The notes under the pieces: generated by a model
Told to the model about the DNA's origin: nothing
Database searches by the model: none
Seen by the model: the letters and a program-made list of their open reading frames with translations, nothing else
Program-made: the position numbers and the translations under genes
From: Candidatus Yanofskybacteria bacterium
Lineage (GTDB): Bacteria > Patescibacteriota > Minisyncoccia > 2-02-FULL-40-12 > IGHO2-01-FULL-4-A
Direction of reading: 5' to 3'
DNA: 61,014 nucleotides
Assembly (NCBI GenBank): GCA_016185545.1
Contig: JACPNJ010000006.1
Coordinates: 1 to 61,014, forward strand
In this document: positions 25,696 through 35,463 of the stretch, piece by piece
Layout: the number at the start of each line of letters is the position of its first letter
Numbering within the stretch: the stretch's first letter is position 1

Positions 25696-26361
25696 ATGCC
25701 GGATGATCAATACTACTACGACCTTGCTTATGCCCGAGGACAGCAACAAGAACAGAGAGAAATCCAAGATACTGCCAATCGTGTTATAAAACCGCCATCG
25801 GGTACGTTATATTTTTTTCTTTACTGTCTTGCTGGAATTGGCGATATATTGGATTGGCTCACTCTCACCGGAATTGGAGCTATTGTTTCCTTTATAGTTG
25901 ACCTTTTTATCGGCATAATACTATTTTTCGCCGGACGCGCGGCAAGAGACAGGATAAAAACCATGAATGAATTCCAGGATGGCCTTCATGGACATATACA
26001 AAATATCGAAAGGAAAATTGTTGCTTACAGAAATGCTTATGCTAAAATTTTAAGAGTGTCCCGAAAAGTTAAGATCCTAAGAAAACCAGTCAGGAAACTT
26101 GCATTAAGATTCGCAAGATTGCGAAAAAGTGTTGCCAGAAGTCCCTTGGGAAGAACGATTGCCGCAATTATCGCTGATTTAATCCCTTTTTTAGATCTTA
26201 TGCCTTGGCGAACTATTAATATCTATATGATGAAAAAACAAGAAATGCAGGCTTTCCAAGACGCTCAAAATATGTTACCTGAATATATGGAGGCCAAAGC
26301 AGATGAAATAGAAGCGGCAAACGATTTGCAAGAAGCAGAGATGACAGAACAAGCCGCATAA
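25696..26361 (+). CDS. Hypothetical membrane protein (two transmembrane segments, basic or amphipathic tail)
   Basis: 221-aa ORF in the cluster. No recognisable family. Confidence 0.55.
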   Translation: MPDDQYYYDLAYARGQQQEQREIQDTANRVIKPPSGTLYFFLYCLAGIGDILDWLTLTGIGAIVSFIVDLFIGIILFFAGRAARDRIKTMNEFQDGLHGHIQNIERKIVAYRNAYAKILRVSRKVKILRKPVRKLALRFARLRKSVARSPLGRTIAAIIADLIPFLDLMPWRTINIYMMKKQEMQAFQDAQNMLPEYMEAKADEIEAANDLQEAEMTEQAA

Positions 26362-26370
26362 CTATAAACT

Positions 26371-27444
26371 ATGCCACATAAATTTCTAAAATTCTTCGTA
26401 TTTACTCTGGTTTGTTCAGCTGTTTTTTTGGCCGGGTATTTATTTACCCAAAATCGCAATCCTTTGGACCAGCAAGCCCTTATTAATAATTCGCTGGTTT
26501 CGCGTTTTAATGAACCGGAAGAAAAATACACGGAACCAACCGGATTATTCGAGCTTACATCCGGCGAGGCAAATTTTCCGATTCTTTCCGGCAATGGCAC
26601 GGAGGTCTGGTATTATGTTCCCCGAAGCGGCGAAATACGTTCGGCCACAGTTAAGAACCCTCTGGCTGGGTCCACTCTCGTAGCCAAAATACAACCAAAT
26701 GCTTCTAATATCAGCTGGGGAGCAAATAAGATGTTACTAGCTAATTATTCAACGGGCGCGGTTTATTATGACCTCGGCTCAAACTTTTCAAAAAAATATG
26801 AGACTAAAATAAAAAATCCCGTTCTAGACAAAACGGGTGTAAAAATTGCTTATACTCATTTTAACGAAATGACAGGAAGTGGCAATGTAAGCATTGCCGA
26901 TTCTAAATTTGAGGTATCTAAAAATATAATTCCGACCCGTTTTGCCGGTTGGCAGATTAGTTGGTTAAATGAAAAAATGCTCGCGCTTATCAAACCGCCG
27001 ACTTTGGAAAATACGCATATTTCTCTTTTTATTCTGGATACCGAGAAAAAGGAATTGCAGAATATTCTTGATTTTAAAAATAATCTTAAGGTCGTTTGGT
27101 CACCGGATGGACAAAAAATAGTTTACTCGTACATTGACCCCTACTCTGGACAAAACGGGCTTTACTTTATGGACTTGGTCGTCAAAAAAGAAACCTCTTT
27201 AAATTTATTGCATAACGCTTCCGGATGTACATGGAGTATTGATAATAAAACAGTTTACTGCGCCGGCAAAGATTCTTTTGTCTCTTTTGACGCAACGGCC
27301 ACGACTATTGAAACTCAAGTAGTCGCTAATTCCCAAAATGCCGATGCCGCTTATGCCGCCAATATGTTTCTCACCGGTACCGAAGATTACCTAATCTTCA
27401 AAAACACCAAAAATGGCAAATTATACGGGTTACGTCTCAATTAG
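26371..27444 (+). CDS. Secreted beta-propeller-like protein (TolB/PD40-like repeats)
   Basis: Signal or anchor, then repeats such as WSPDGQKIVYSY and VKIAYTHF. Confidence 0.55.
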   Translation: MPHKFLKFFVFTLVCSAVFLAGYLFTQNRNPLDQQALINNSLVSRFNEPEEKYTEPTGLFELTSGEANFPILSGNGTEVWYYVPRSGEIRSATVKNPLAGSTLVAKIQPNASNISWGANKMLLANYSTGAVYYDLGSNFSKKYETKIKNPVLDKTGVKIAYTHFNEMTGSGNVSIADSKFEVSKNIIPTRFAGWQISWLNEKMLALIKPPTLENTHISLFILDTEKKELQNILDFKNNLKVVWSPDGQKIVYSYIDPYSGQNGLYFMDLVVKKETSLNLLHNASGCTWSIDNKTVYCAGKDSFVSFDATATTIETQVVANSQNADAAYAANMFLTGTEDYLIFKNTKNGKLYGLRLN

Positions 27445-27510
27445 CATTAAGAGGAATTTTTACTTATCCATAAATAGTATCTTGCTTTTGTCATACAGTT
27501 GTAATTCACT

Positions 27511-27744
27511 ATGGCTGTGAGAACAATTGTCAATTTATCAATGCCGCCCAAAATGGCCCAAATATTAAAAAGACGCGCTCTGCGCCGGGGTTTTGCCACG
27601 ACCAGTGAATACGTTAGATTCCTAATCAACTTGGATACTGAATTAATAACTGCCAAGGAACTACTGGAATTATCGGCCAGAGCAGACAAAGAGTATGCCA
27701 CCGGCAAACTTAAGACTGGCCCATTGTCACGATTTGTTAGTTGA
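27511..27744 (+). CDS. Ribbon-helix-helix (CopG-like) putative antitoxin
   Basis: N-terminal VNLSMPPKMAQILKRRALRRGFATTSEYVRFLI fits an RHH strand-helix-helix pattern. Confidence 0.5.
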   Translation: MAVRTIVNLSMPPKMAQILKRRALRRGFATTSEYVRFLINLDTELITAKELLELSARADKEYATGKLKTGPLSRFVS

Positions 27745-27768
27745 AATGGTTGATAGCATTTCCAAAGC

Positions 27769-27930
27769 ATGATTATAAAAGAAATTCTTTACAGTTCTGA
27801 TTTTATTAATCGATTTTGTAAATTACCCGGATTTGTTCAGAAATTAGCCTTGCTTCAACCACAGCGATGGATACCAACTATTGCCCCCCTCAAGTGCTAT
27901 AGTTTAGGCATGGGCATAAACCATGATTAA
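27769..27930 (+). pseudogene. Possible truncated toxin remnant (53 codons) downstream of the RHH gene
   Basis: Hand translation gives MIIKEILYSSDFINRFCKLPGFVQKLALLQ... The N-terminus resembles RelE/ParE-type toxins, but the ORF is too short and runs into the next gene. Confidence 0.25.
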
Positions 27931-29935
27931 CCAACAACTGCTTGATTATATCAAGCAACAACTCGCGGCCGGATATGATAAACAAGGTGTTAAACAGGCC
28001 CTGCTTGATGCCGGCTGGGCCGAGCAGGACATAAACGAGGTTTTTGATTTCTTTTCCACGTCCGGCCATTCGGCTCAACAACCCATAGCGCCAAATCAAA
28101 TTCCCACAGCAGAACAGAACATTGATTCTGTATTTTTGGGTCCCACTAAATTACTAAGCAATGCCTGGGCTTTATATAAACAAAGGTTTTGGACGCTAAT
28201 TGCGATTGCGCTGATACCAACACTGGCTATTATTCCGGCAGTCATTGGGAGTACTTTGATTTACGCTTTTATTTTTTCAAAAATCATCGCCGGCGGCTCT
28301 TTGTTATTGATACTAATAATGTTCGCATTGGCAGCACTGGTTATGTTTCTAGTTCAATTTTGGGGACAAGCCGCTCTTATGTTCGCGATTGTTAACAACA
28401 AAGAAGAAATCGGTTTCATAGAATCTTATAGAAAGGGCTGGCACAAAATACTTTCTTTGTGGTGGGTTACCATATTAATGGCTTTCGTAACTTTAGGCGG
28501 TTACTTACTGGCAATTATTCCAGGTATTATTTTCACGGTTTGGTTTAGCTTGTCCGCTTTGGTCTTGATCGCTGAAAACTCCAGAGGAATGGATGCTCTT
28601 TTGAAAAGCCGCGAATATGTTAGGGGCAGGTGGTGGACCGTATTGGGACGCAATATTTTTATTGGCCTATTTTACTTTGTTGTTTTCCTAATCTCAACAC
28701 TGCTTTTCTTGTTCGTATTTAAAGTTCCTCTGGTTTCTCAAGTTGTAAATTTTATCATTATAATAACTTTGGCTCCCTTGGCTTTGATTTATATGTTTCT
28801 GATGTATCAAAACCTAAGGAGCTTAAGAGGAGAGGTTGATCTTGCGCCTACCAAAAAATCCAGGACCACCTTTATTATTATTGCCGTCTTGGGAATCGTT
28901 GCTATATTCGCCCTGCTATTCTGGGTGGTGTTTCCCACGTTTTCTACATTGCGCCAGCTCAGCAAAACACTTACTAATGTCGGCGATTATAACCCGACTG
29001 TCTCGCCAGGCACTACCGAAATGGCCGATTGGCAAACCTACCGCAATGAGGAATACGGATTTAAGGTAAAGTATCCATCTGGCTGGATAACTGATGATTT
29101 AACTCCCGGTAAATACTATACTTTACTGCTTTTGGACAATAAAAATGAGGTCGGTTTAATTATTAACCCTGATTTTAAAGCTGTAAAAGTTGTAGACCTA
29201 ATTGCGCTTAAGAATGGTTTTGAGGAGGCTAAATCTACTATAGATAAAGGTTTTAGAGATTCTGAGGGTAAAATATTATTCGAGGTAGGTGAAATTAAAC
29301 AAATAGTATTTGCGGGGGAAAGTGCGTTAGAAGTTATGGAGATTAACCCTAGTGGTTTTGGTGAAAGTAAGGGGATTTACTTTATTAGCAAAGACAGACT
29401 TTTTCGCATTTCTCGAGTTCTCAATCCGACAAAAAATCAAGAGTTAAACCAAATCCTCTCCACGTTTAAATTTATTTCACCAGAAGACGAAACAGTAACC
29501 TGGGCGGTGTATAGTAATACAAAATACAATTACTCTTTCCGTTACCCGAAAAATTTTACGATTTATACTGCAACTGACCAAACAAAGGAAGAGGTTATTC
29601 TTCCGACCGCCACAAGTGATAAAGTTAAACTCACCGACAGGAAAGAGTTTCTGTTTTGTTGCGAATCACTTGTTACATCCGTTTCTGTAATTAATGGTTC
29701 AATTGATACCCAAAATTGGCGTCAGTATGCTGAAATTCCTGATTATCGCATCAAGTCCCAGGGTGAAATTGTTTTTGCGAGTCATAAAGCGTTTGAAGTG
29801 CGGGGTTCAACTGGCATAGATTCCGCTGGTGCTCGTCTGATTTTAATTCCCGGAAGCCAATTCTCGTTTGTACTTATTCAAGGTGATGAGGGCGAACCGT
29901 GGGAATCCATAACGAACTCCTTCAGTTTTAAGTAA
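27923..29935 (+). CDS. Hypothetical polytopic membrane protein with C-terminal extracellular domains
   Basis: 670-aa ORF. It has a soluble N-terminal motif (LLDYIKQQLAAGYDKQGVKQALLDAGW), about 7 transmembrane segments, and a soluble C-terminal half. Confidence 0.6.
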   Translation: MINQQLLDYIKQQLAAGYDKQGVKQALLDAGWAEQDINEVFDFFSTSGHSAQQPIAPNQIPTAEQNIDSVFLGPTKLLSNAWALYKQRFWTLIAIALIPTLAIIPAVIGSTLIYAFIFSKIIAGGSLLLILIMFALAALVMFLVQFWGQAALMFAIVNNKEEIGFIESYRKGWHKILSLWWVTILMAFVTLGGYLLAIIPGIIFTVWFSLSALVLIAENSRGMDALLKSREYVRGRWWTVLGRNIFIGLFYFVVFLISTLLFLFVFKVPLVSQVVNFIIIITLAPLALIYMFLMYQNLRSLRGEVDLAPTKKSRTTFIIIAVLGIVAIFALLFWVVFPTFSTLRQLSKTLTNVGDYNPTVSPGTTEMADWQTYRNEEYGFKVKYPSGWITDDLTPGKYYTLLLLDNKNEVGLIINPDFKAVKVVDLIALKNGFEEAKSTIDKGFRDSEGKILFEVGEIKQIVFAGESALEVMEINPSGFGESKGIYFISKDRLFRISRVLNPTKNQELNQILSTFKFISPEDETVTWAVYSNTKYNYSFRYPKNFTIYTATDQTKEEVILPTATSDKVKLTDRKEFLFCCESLVTSVSVINGSIDTQNWRQYAEIPDYRIKSQGEIVFASHKAFEVRGSTGIDSAGARLILIPGSQFSFVLIQGDEGEPWESITNSFSFK

Positions 29936-29984
29936 TTATTATCTTGGATTTAACGCCGCCAAAGAAAAACTTGAAAAAATAATA

Positions 29985-31481
29985 TTAACTCTCAATCTCC
30001 TCGGACAAGCCCGGGGATTTTTTGAGGGAGAGGATTTCGCGAAGGTCAGCTCTTGTGAAAACCCCCAGGGCTAACAAAAGGGGGAAATATAAAAACGAAA
30101 CCATGGATGCCTTAACAAAATTATTCGTGAGCGGATACATTAGTGCAACAATAATGGCCCCGACCAAAATAGTTTTGGCAAATAAGGTTTTGCTGACCGC
30201 AATTTTAATACTTCGTCGGATTAGCCAAAACATGGTAATGGTTATAAAAATCTCGGTTATTACCGTCGTTGAAGCGGCGGCAAAGTAGGTGTACTTGGGA
30301 ATCAGCAAAAAGTTCAGTCCCACATTAATTACCGCTCCGGTAAGGTAAATCCACATGGCTTTTTTCTGCAGGTTTAAGGCGATAATCGCGTTGCCGCCGA
30401 GGTTGCCAAAAAATATCAAGAATATGGCAAAACTCAAAATTTTCAGCACCGGGCTGGCTTCAAGAAAGGCACCACCGCCAATGGCTTTAACAATCCAATC
30501 GGACATCAGAAAAATATAGACGGAAAAATAAAGCGCGAAAATTGTGATTACATTGAAGGCGCGTCTGAAGGTTTTAGCAAATTCCACCCTGCTTTTAACC
30601 GCGAAGCGGGAAAGAAAAGGCATAACCAAACCGATATAAATCGCCGGCAGAAATATCACTGCTTCCAAAACTTTATAGGCCGCTGAATAAATACCGACAT
30701 CTCGGGCGGGTTTCATCACTGAAAGCATTACCGTGTCCAGTTTAAAATAGATAAGAACCAACACCAAGGAAACCGCGATTGGTAAAGCGGCCTTGAGAGC
30801 GTGGTGGAAATAAGCAAAGTCAATCATCGGCTTTACTTTAACCATACGCCTGGAGAATCCATAAATAAGGCCAAAATGAACCGCCTCCGAAAAAACCACG
30901 ACAGCCACAAACCACAAAAGACCTGTTTCAAATTTAATTAGTATCACCAACGAACCTAACTGAACCAGCCGAGCCAAAATATCGGAGAATGAAACAAGAT
31001 AAATACGCAGATACTTTTGAAATATCCCTGTCAGAACTTGAACTAAAGACGCGCCGATGGAAAAAAGGGAAGCAATCAAAACACCAAGTTTAACTTTGAG
31101 CGGGTAGGGAAATGCGAAAATTAGCAGGTCGGCCAGAATGATTATTGAAACCACCGCCAGAAGGCGCAGGGTGAAGATTTTGCTTGCAATTTTTCTTTCT
31201 TCGGTGGGTTCACTGGTACGCGAGATTTCACGCACCATAAAAGTATAAAGCCCTAAATCGGCAGTAGCCGTAAAAATAAAAAGATAGGCAAAAATCGCGC
31301 TGTACTGGCCGAATCCCTCCGGCCCCAAAAAGCGCGTCAAAATCCCAACGACAACCAAACTCAACCCGCCTATTATTCCGCGCGATAGCGTCGCTATCCC
31401 CAAATTGTATGAAATTTTTTGCAGCATGCCTTGTTTAAAATACTCCCATTTCATCTCATCTTTTAACTCTATCACAATCAC
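29985..31481 (-). CDS. Polysaccharide/oligosaccharide flippase (Wzx / MOP superfamily-like)
   Basis: 498 aa with about 12-14 transmembrane segments in the layout typical of the family. Assigned from topology and composition only. Confidence 0.6.
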   Translation of the reverse strand: MIVIELKDEMKWEYFKQGMLQKISYNLGIATLSRGIIGGLSLVVVGILTRFLGPEGFGQYSAIFAYLFIFTATADLGLYTFMVREISRTSEPTEERKIASKIFTLRLLAVVSIIILADLLIFAFPYPLKVKLGVLIASLFSIGASLVQVLTGIFQKYLRIYLVSFSDILARLVQLGSLVILIKFETGLLWFVAVVVFSEAVHFGLIYGFSRRMVKVKPMIDFAYFHHALKAALPIAVSLVLVLIYFKLDTVMLSVMKPARDVGIYSAAYKVLEAVIFLPAIYIGLVMPFLSRFAVKSRVEFAKTFRRAFNVITIFALYFSVYIFLMSDWIVKAIGGGAFLEASPVLKILSFAIFLIFFGNLGGNAIIALNLQKKAMWIYLTGAVINVGLNFLLIPKYTYFAAASTTVITEIFITITMFWLIRRSIKIAVSKTLFAKTILVGAIIVALMYPLTNNFVKASMVSFLYFPLLLALGVFTRADLREILSLKKSPGLSEEIES

Positions 31482-31610
31482 ACTTCCACAACTAACACTC
31501 TCACATTCTCAAGAATATGAGAGTATTGTGATTCAGCAGGGTTTAAACCCAATAAAAATAGGGTTGATAACTTAATTTGTTTTTAGTGAGGTTGGGGGTA
31601 TGATGAAATT

Positions 31611-34439
31611 ATGAAAAAAAATAAATTTTTGTTTATGTGTCTGGTCGTTTTGGGTTCGTTTTTGTATTTCGCTGATACAAGTAACGCCGCCACTTGTTCG
31701 CTAAGTTTTTCCAGTCCGCATGGAAGCTATATCGCGGTGGGTGACAGAGTAACCTGGACGCTTACCAGCAGTTTCTCCAACGGCAAATCTTACTGGTTTG
31801 GAACTAAAAATGGGGTAACAGATGTCAGCACAATGGATACCACTTTTGGCAACCCCTTTAGCTGGACCACCGATCCTTACCCTTCAGATACAATCGGCAA
31901 TTACACTCGCTGGGTGCAAGTAAAAGATATCAACGGCAATTTCCTTTGTCAGACCGCTACGGTTTTTGTTTCAGTAACTGCCGCTCCTACACCAATCCCA
32001 ACCCCCACTCCAACTCCCACACCCGCCATGCTTCCCACCGCCTCTCTTTCGGTCACGCCTTCAACTGTTACTGCCGGTCAGAATCTCACATACAGTTGGT
32101 CTTCAACAAATGCTACCGCTTGGTCTTGGGGATTGGCTATTTATAAAAACGGAGTTTGGCAAACTTCTGACGCTTGCGTTAATCAATCTTCAAGTAATTG
32201 GTCTGGACCACAAGGCGGAAATTCTGCACAAGGTTTCTGGACCGGAGTAACTGTTTCCTGCCAAGCCGGATATACTTACCATATTACTTACAAAGCCACA
32301 AATAGCAGTGGGGCCGCGATATCACAACCCGTAATTGTAACTGTAACGGCGGCAACGCCTATGCCGACTCCAGTTCCGACACCAACTCCTTCATCAACAT
32401 CGACGCCGACCAGTACTACCACTGCTTCTCTTAACTTCACGGCAACCGAAAGTACCAACCCTGTTTTTCGCGTCGGCAACAGTTTTATTCTCAATTTAAC
32501 CTCTAACCAATACTCACAGCCCTTTTATCTTTGCTCCACATTGACCGGCAATCCGAGCGGCTACAACCACACAAACCGGTGCACATCGACCACTCTGACA
32601 ACAAATTCCAGCGGAAGATATGCATGGAATGGAACATGGGACAGCACTAATATCGGTACCTGGACGGAATGGGTAAGATTTCCCAATACGCCCGGAGGTT
32701 ATAACTCACCGACAATAACATTTACAATTGCCCAATCTACGATTGTCCAAGAGGAACTACGTCTTGTTGCTCCCGGAGTTTTTTCCTTAACAGTCGACTA
32801 CAATAATGATGTTATAAGAAGCGGCTATTTTTACATCGAGGCCGCATTTGAAAGCCTTTTTAGCAAGTATAAAGACGATATGGATGCTATTGTTCTTGTC
32901 CCTACAGCGTCGTTGATTAATTCAGTTGAAGGAAGGGGAATTTGTACTTGTGCTTGGGGTGTTAGAAAGCTAGTGGAAGGCATTGGTTATCCCTATGGGG
33001 GCATAACGGGCGACTCTAGATTTTTCAGCTTAAGTTTAATTCCAATATATGCAGGAGCACAGGATAGCGATCAAGCAATAAAAGCAGCGTTTATGCCAAA
33101 TTTGCTTCATGAAATAGGTCATGGCTGGTCAACTTTTATTGCAAGAGGTAGAGATTACAAAAACCCCCTAAAAATATTAGAGGAACAGCAATTTTCTCAT
33201 TGGGGATATATTTCAGATAATTTTGATTCTGTTATGGCCTATGGCCCGGCAAGAATGATTGATAATAAAGACGGCACTTTCACTCCCGTCTGGAAATTTA
33301 GAGAAGAATTGGATTTCAACGATTTTGACTTATATACGATGGGTTTATTGCCGCCAGAAAAAGTAAAACCTACTTTCTCTATTTTTAACGCAGCAAGTGT
33401 AAAAAATATCAATGATATCAGGGGCAACAGAAGGGACGTTACCATCAACGATATTATAAATTTGGAAGGAACAAGAAACCCTACTTTCGGATTAACCCGA
33501 AATAATCAATCAAACAACATAAGAGTCACCTTTTTAATTGCCCACAATTTAGATGGTTCTGCCAGTGATCTGGAAAAAGCCATGACCATTACCAAGCAAA
33601 TGGCAGATTTACTGCCTAGCCATTGGAACAAAGCCGCTAAAGGCACGTCAACTGCGTCTGTTTTTACTCCACCTTTAAAAGTAGCTTCAAATAAAAAAAC
33701 GTTGGCCGTACTCCAATCAAAAACAAACGAAGAATTGCGAAAAGAGGTAATAGATATATTAAATCAAACCCATGACGATGGGCCTGCCTCAAGAAGATCT
33801 ATTCAGGAACAGCAACAAGATTTTCAGAAGGCATTAGAAAAAAAATCTATATCTAAACAGAGTTTACCTTCATCTCCAACAATTGACGACACTCTGCTAC
33901 CGACTCCATCTCTTACACCCCTGCCTACCCCTACTCCGCCAATAAACCAAGCAAGGTTATATTCCCTATCAGAGATTTATGACGGCGACTTAATTCGGGG
34001 TCAGGGCGACATAGCGGTTTGGATAATAAAAATTGTCGGAGAAAAAAGATATAAGCGCTGGCTGTTTGGCCCTCAGATATTTAACGCATATGGACATCTC
34101 AGTTTTGATAAAGTTAAAAATGTCAGCAAGGTAACTTTGAACAATTTTGATACTTCTAATCTGATTAGAAAATTTGACGATGAGAAAGTTTATGAGCTAA
34201 CTGATTTTGTGCCCGGCAAAAGCGCCACGAGGCGCTGGATACAAACTCTGGAAATATTTCTCCAAAGAGGATTTGATTTTGACGCGGTATATATCGTCAA
34301 TCAAAGAGAGTTTGATTTGTACACCGAAGGTTCACCTCTGCCGGTAACTATGCGGGAAAAAGAGGCCAAAAATAATCTTCCACTGACTGCCAATATTTCC
34401 GATGCTATGCTAAGATTTTTGGGATTAACGGCAAGATAG
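31611..34439 (+). CDS. Large secreted protein with Pro/Thr linkers and a zincin-like HExxH motif
   Basis: Signal peptide, TPIPTPTPTPTP and PMPTPVPTPTPSSTSTPTS linkers, and LLHEIGHGW. Confidence 0.6.
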   Translation: MKKNKFLFMCLVVLGSFLYFADTSNAATCSLSFSSPHGSYIAVGDRVTWTLTSSFSNGKSYWFGTKNGVTDVSTMDTTFGNPFSWTTDPYPSDTIGNYTRWVQVKDINGNFLCQTATVFVSVTAAPTPIPTPTPTPTPAMLPTASLSVTPSTVTAGQNLTYSWSSTNATAWSWGLAIYKNGVWQTSDACVNQSSSNWSGPQGGNSAQGFWTGVTVSCQAGYTYHITYKATNSSGAAISQPVIVTVTAATPMPTPVPTPTPSSTSTPTSTTTASLNFTATESTNPVFRVGNSFILNLTSNQYSQPFYLCSTLTGNPSGYNHTNRCTSTTLTTNSSGRYAWNGTWDSTNIGTWTEWVRFPNTPGGYNSPTITFTIAQSTIVQEELRLVAPGVFSLTVDYNNDVIRSGYFYIEAAFESLFSKYKDDMDAIVLVPTASLINSVEGRGICTCAWGVRKLVEGIGYPYGGITGDSRFFSLSLIPIYAGAQDSDQAIKAAFMPNLLHEIGHGWSTFIARGRDYKNPLKILEEQQFSHWGYISDNFDSVMAYGPARMIDNKDGTFTPVWKFREELDFNDFDLYTMGLLPPEKVKPTFSIFNAASVKNINDIRGNRRDVTINDIINLEGTRNPTFGLTRNNQSNNIRVTFLIAHNLDGSASDLEKAMTITKQMADLLPSHWNKAAKGTSTASVFTPPLKVASNKKTLAVLQSKTNEELRKEVIDILNQTHDDGPASRRSIQEQQQDFQKALEKKSISKQSLPSSPTIDDTLLPTPSLTPLPTPTPPINQARLYSLSEIYDGDLIRGQGDIAVWIIKIVGEKRYKRWLFGPQIFNAYGHLSFDKVKNVSKVTLNNFDTSNLIRKFDDEKVYELTDFVPGKSATRRWIQTLEIFLQRGFDFDAVYIVNQREFDLYTEGSPLPVTMREKEAKNNLPLTANISDAMLRFLGLTAR

Positions 34440-34523
34440 CGTGCACGTGACAATTGCAATAAAACCAAAACCTGCAGAAATGCAGATTTTGATTTTTGAA
34501 GTCAAAAAAAGCCCGGATGGGCT

Positions 34524-35165
34524 TCATAAAAAATATGGTCTGAGGCGGGCGACTGTTTCCGCGCATAGCCGTTTGTCTAACTCGGGATCCATGTTGCGCC
34601 AATTGCCGCGTTCAGGACGGCCGAGAAGTTCGGCGGCAACGGTGCGCAAATATTGCGGCGGCGCCGACGGATTCCAGCAAACCATGAATTTTCCCTTTGG
34701 GGTTGTCCAAAGAAGATATGGTTCCCGACGCATTTGGTAAAGTTCATGAAGATGCGCGGCGTATTGATGAAGCTCCTCAAATTCAGCTATCGGGAAGTCA
34801 GTACGAATTCTGGGTGTAAAATCAACCGCCACCGACATAAAAGGCATAAAATGAGTGTGAGCATGTTGGATGGTCTGCCCCACGATGCCGTGTTCAAAAA
34901 TAATTACAGGATAAGACACCGACTGAACATTTTGACAATATTCTAATGAAAGTGCCCGATAAATTTTTCTTCGTAAATCAAACGTAGTAATTGTGCACAC
35001 AGGAGAAAGCGCACCCATGCACGACACATGTTCTTTAGGAATCAACAGCACATAGCCGCCGTCTGTTATCTGGCCAAGGGTAGCAACAACATAAAAATCT
35101 TCGTTCTCATGAATAAGCCGTTCTTCCAATTTGCTTCGGTCACAAAAAACACAATCTTTTTGCAT
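34524..35165 (-). CDS. HIT-superfamily nucleotide hydrolase/transferase-like protein
   Basis: Histidine-triad motif HAHTHFMP and an N-terminal CVFCD. Confidence 0.65.
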   Translation of the reverse strand: MQKDCVFCDRSKLEERLIHENEDFYVVATLGQITDGGYVLLIPKEHVSCMGALSPVCTITTFDLRRKIYRALSLEYCQNVQSVSYPVIIFEHGIVGQTIQHAHTHFMPFMSVAVDFTPRIRTDFPIAEFEELHQYAAHLHELYQMRREPYLLWTTPKGKFMVCWNPSAPPQYLRTVAAELLGRPERGNWRNMDPELDKRLCAETVARLRPYFL

Positions 35166-35261
35166 CGCTCTTCCTAATTTTCAAAGACCATCTATCTTCT
35201 AAAACTACTTTATTAATAACTCGGCGTCAATTAAACCCTAGAAACATCTGGAGTAAATTCC

Positions 35262-35463
35262 CTGATTTTCCTTGCATCAGGCGGAGGCCATAGAGGTTTG
35301 CGGGGATTCTGAAATTGTGTGATTGCATGGCCGGCGAGCAGTATAATGTCTTGTGCGGTAGCACACTGCGAGCCGAATCCACAATTTCAAAATAGTGGAG
35401 CGAGTCGCTGGACGAGCGGAACGTCCCCGCAGACCTCTATGGCGGAGCCGCAAGGAAAATCAG
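35262..35463. repeat. 202-bp palindromic element (MITE-like, or a structured RNA) downstream of jag
   Basis: The outer arms ctgattttccttgc / gcaaggaaaatcag pair, then ccatagaggtttgcgggga / tccccgcagacctctatgg, then gaaattgtgtgatt / gaatccacaatttc. The right end is repeated at 48042-48086. Confidence 0.6.

Noticed and set aside
35262-35463. RNase P RNA (GGCTCCGCCATAGAGG resembles the GGGCTCCATAGGGC region near P4)
   Set aside because: It is only about 200 nt. It lacks the GAGGAAAGTCC and ACAGAACCCGGCTTA-type conserved blocks, and its right end is repeated at 48042, which fits a repeat element better.
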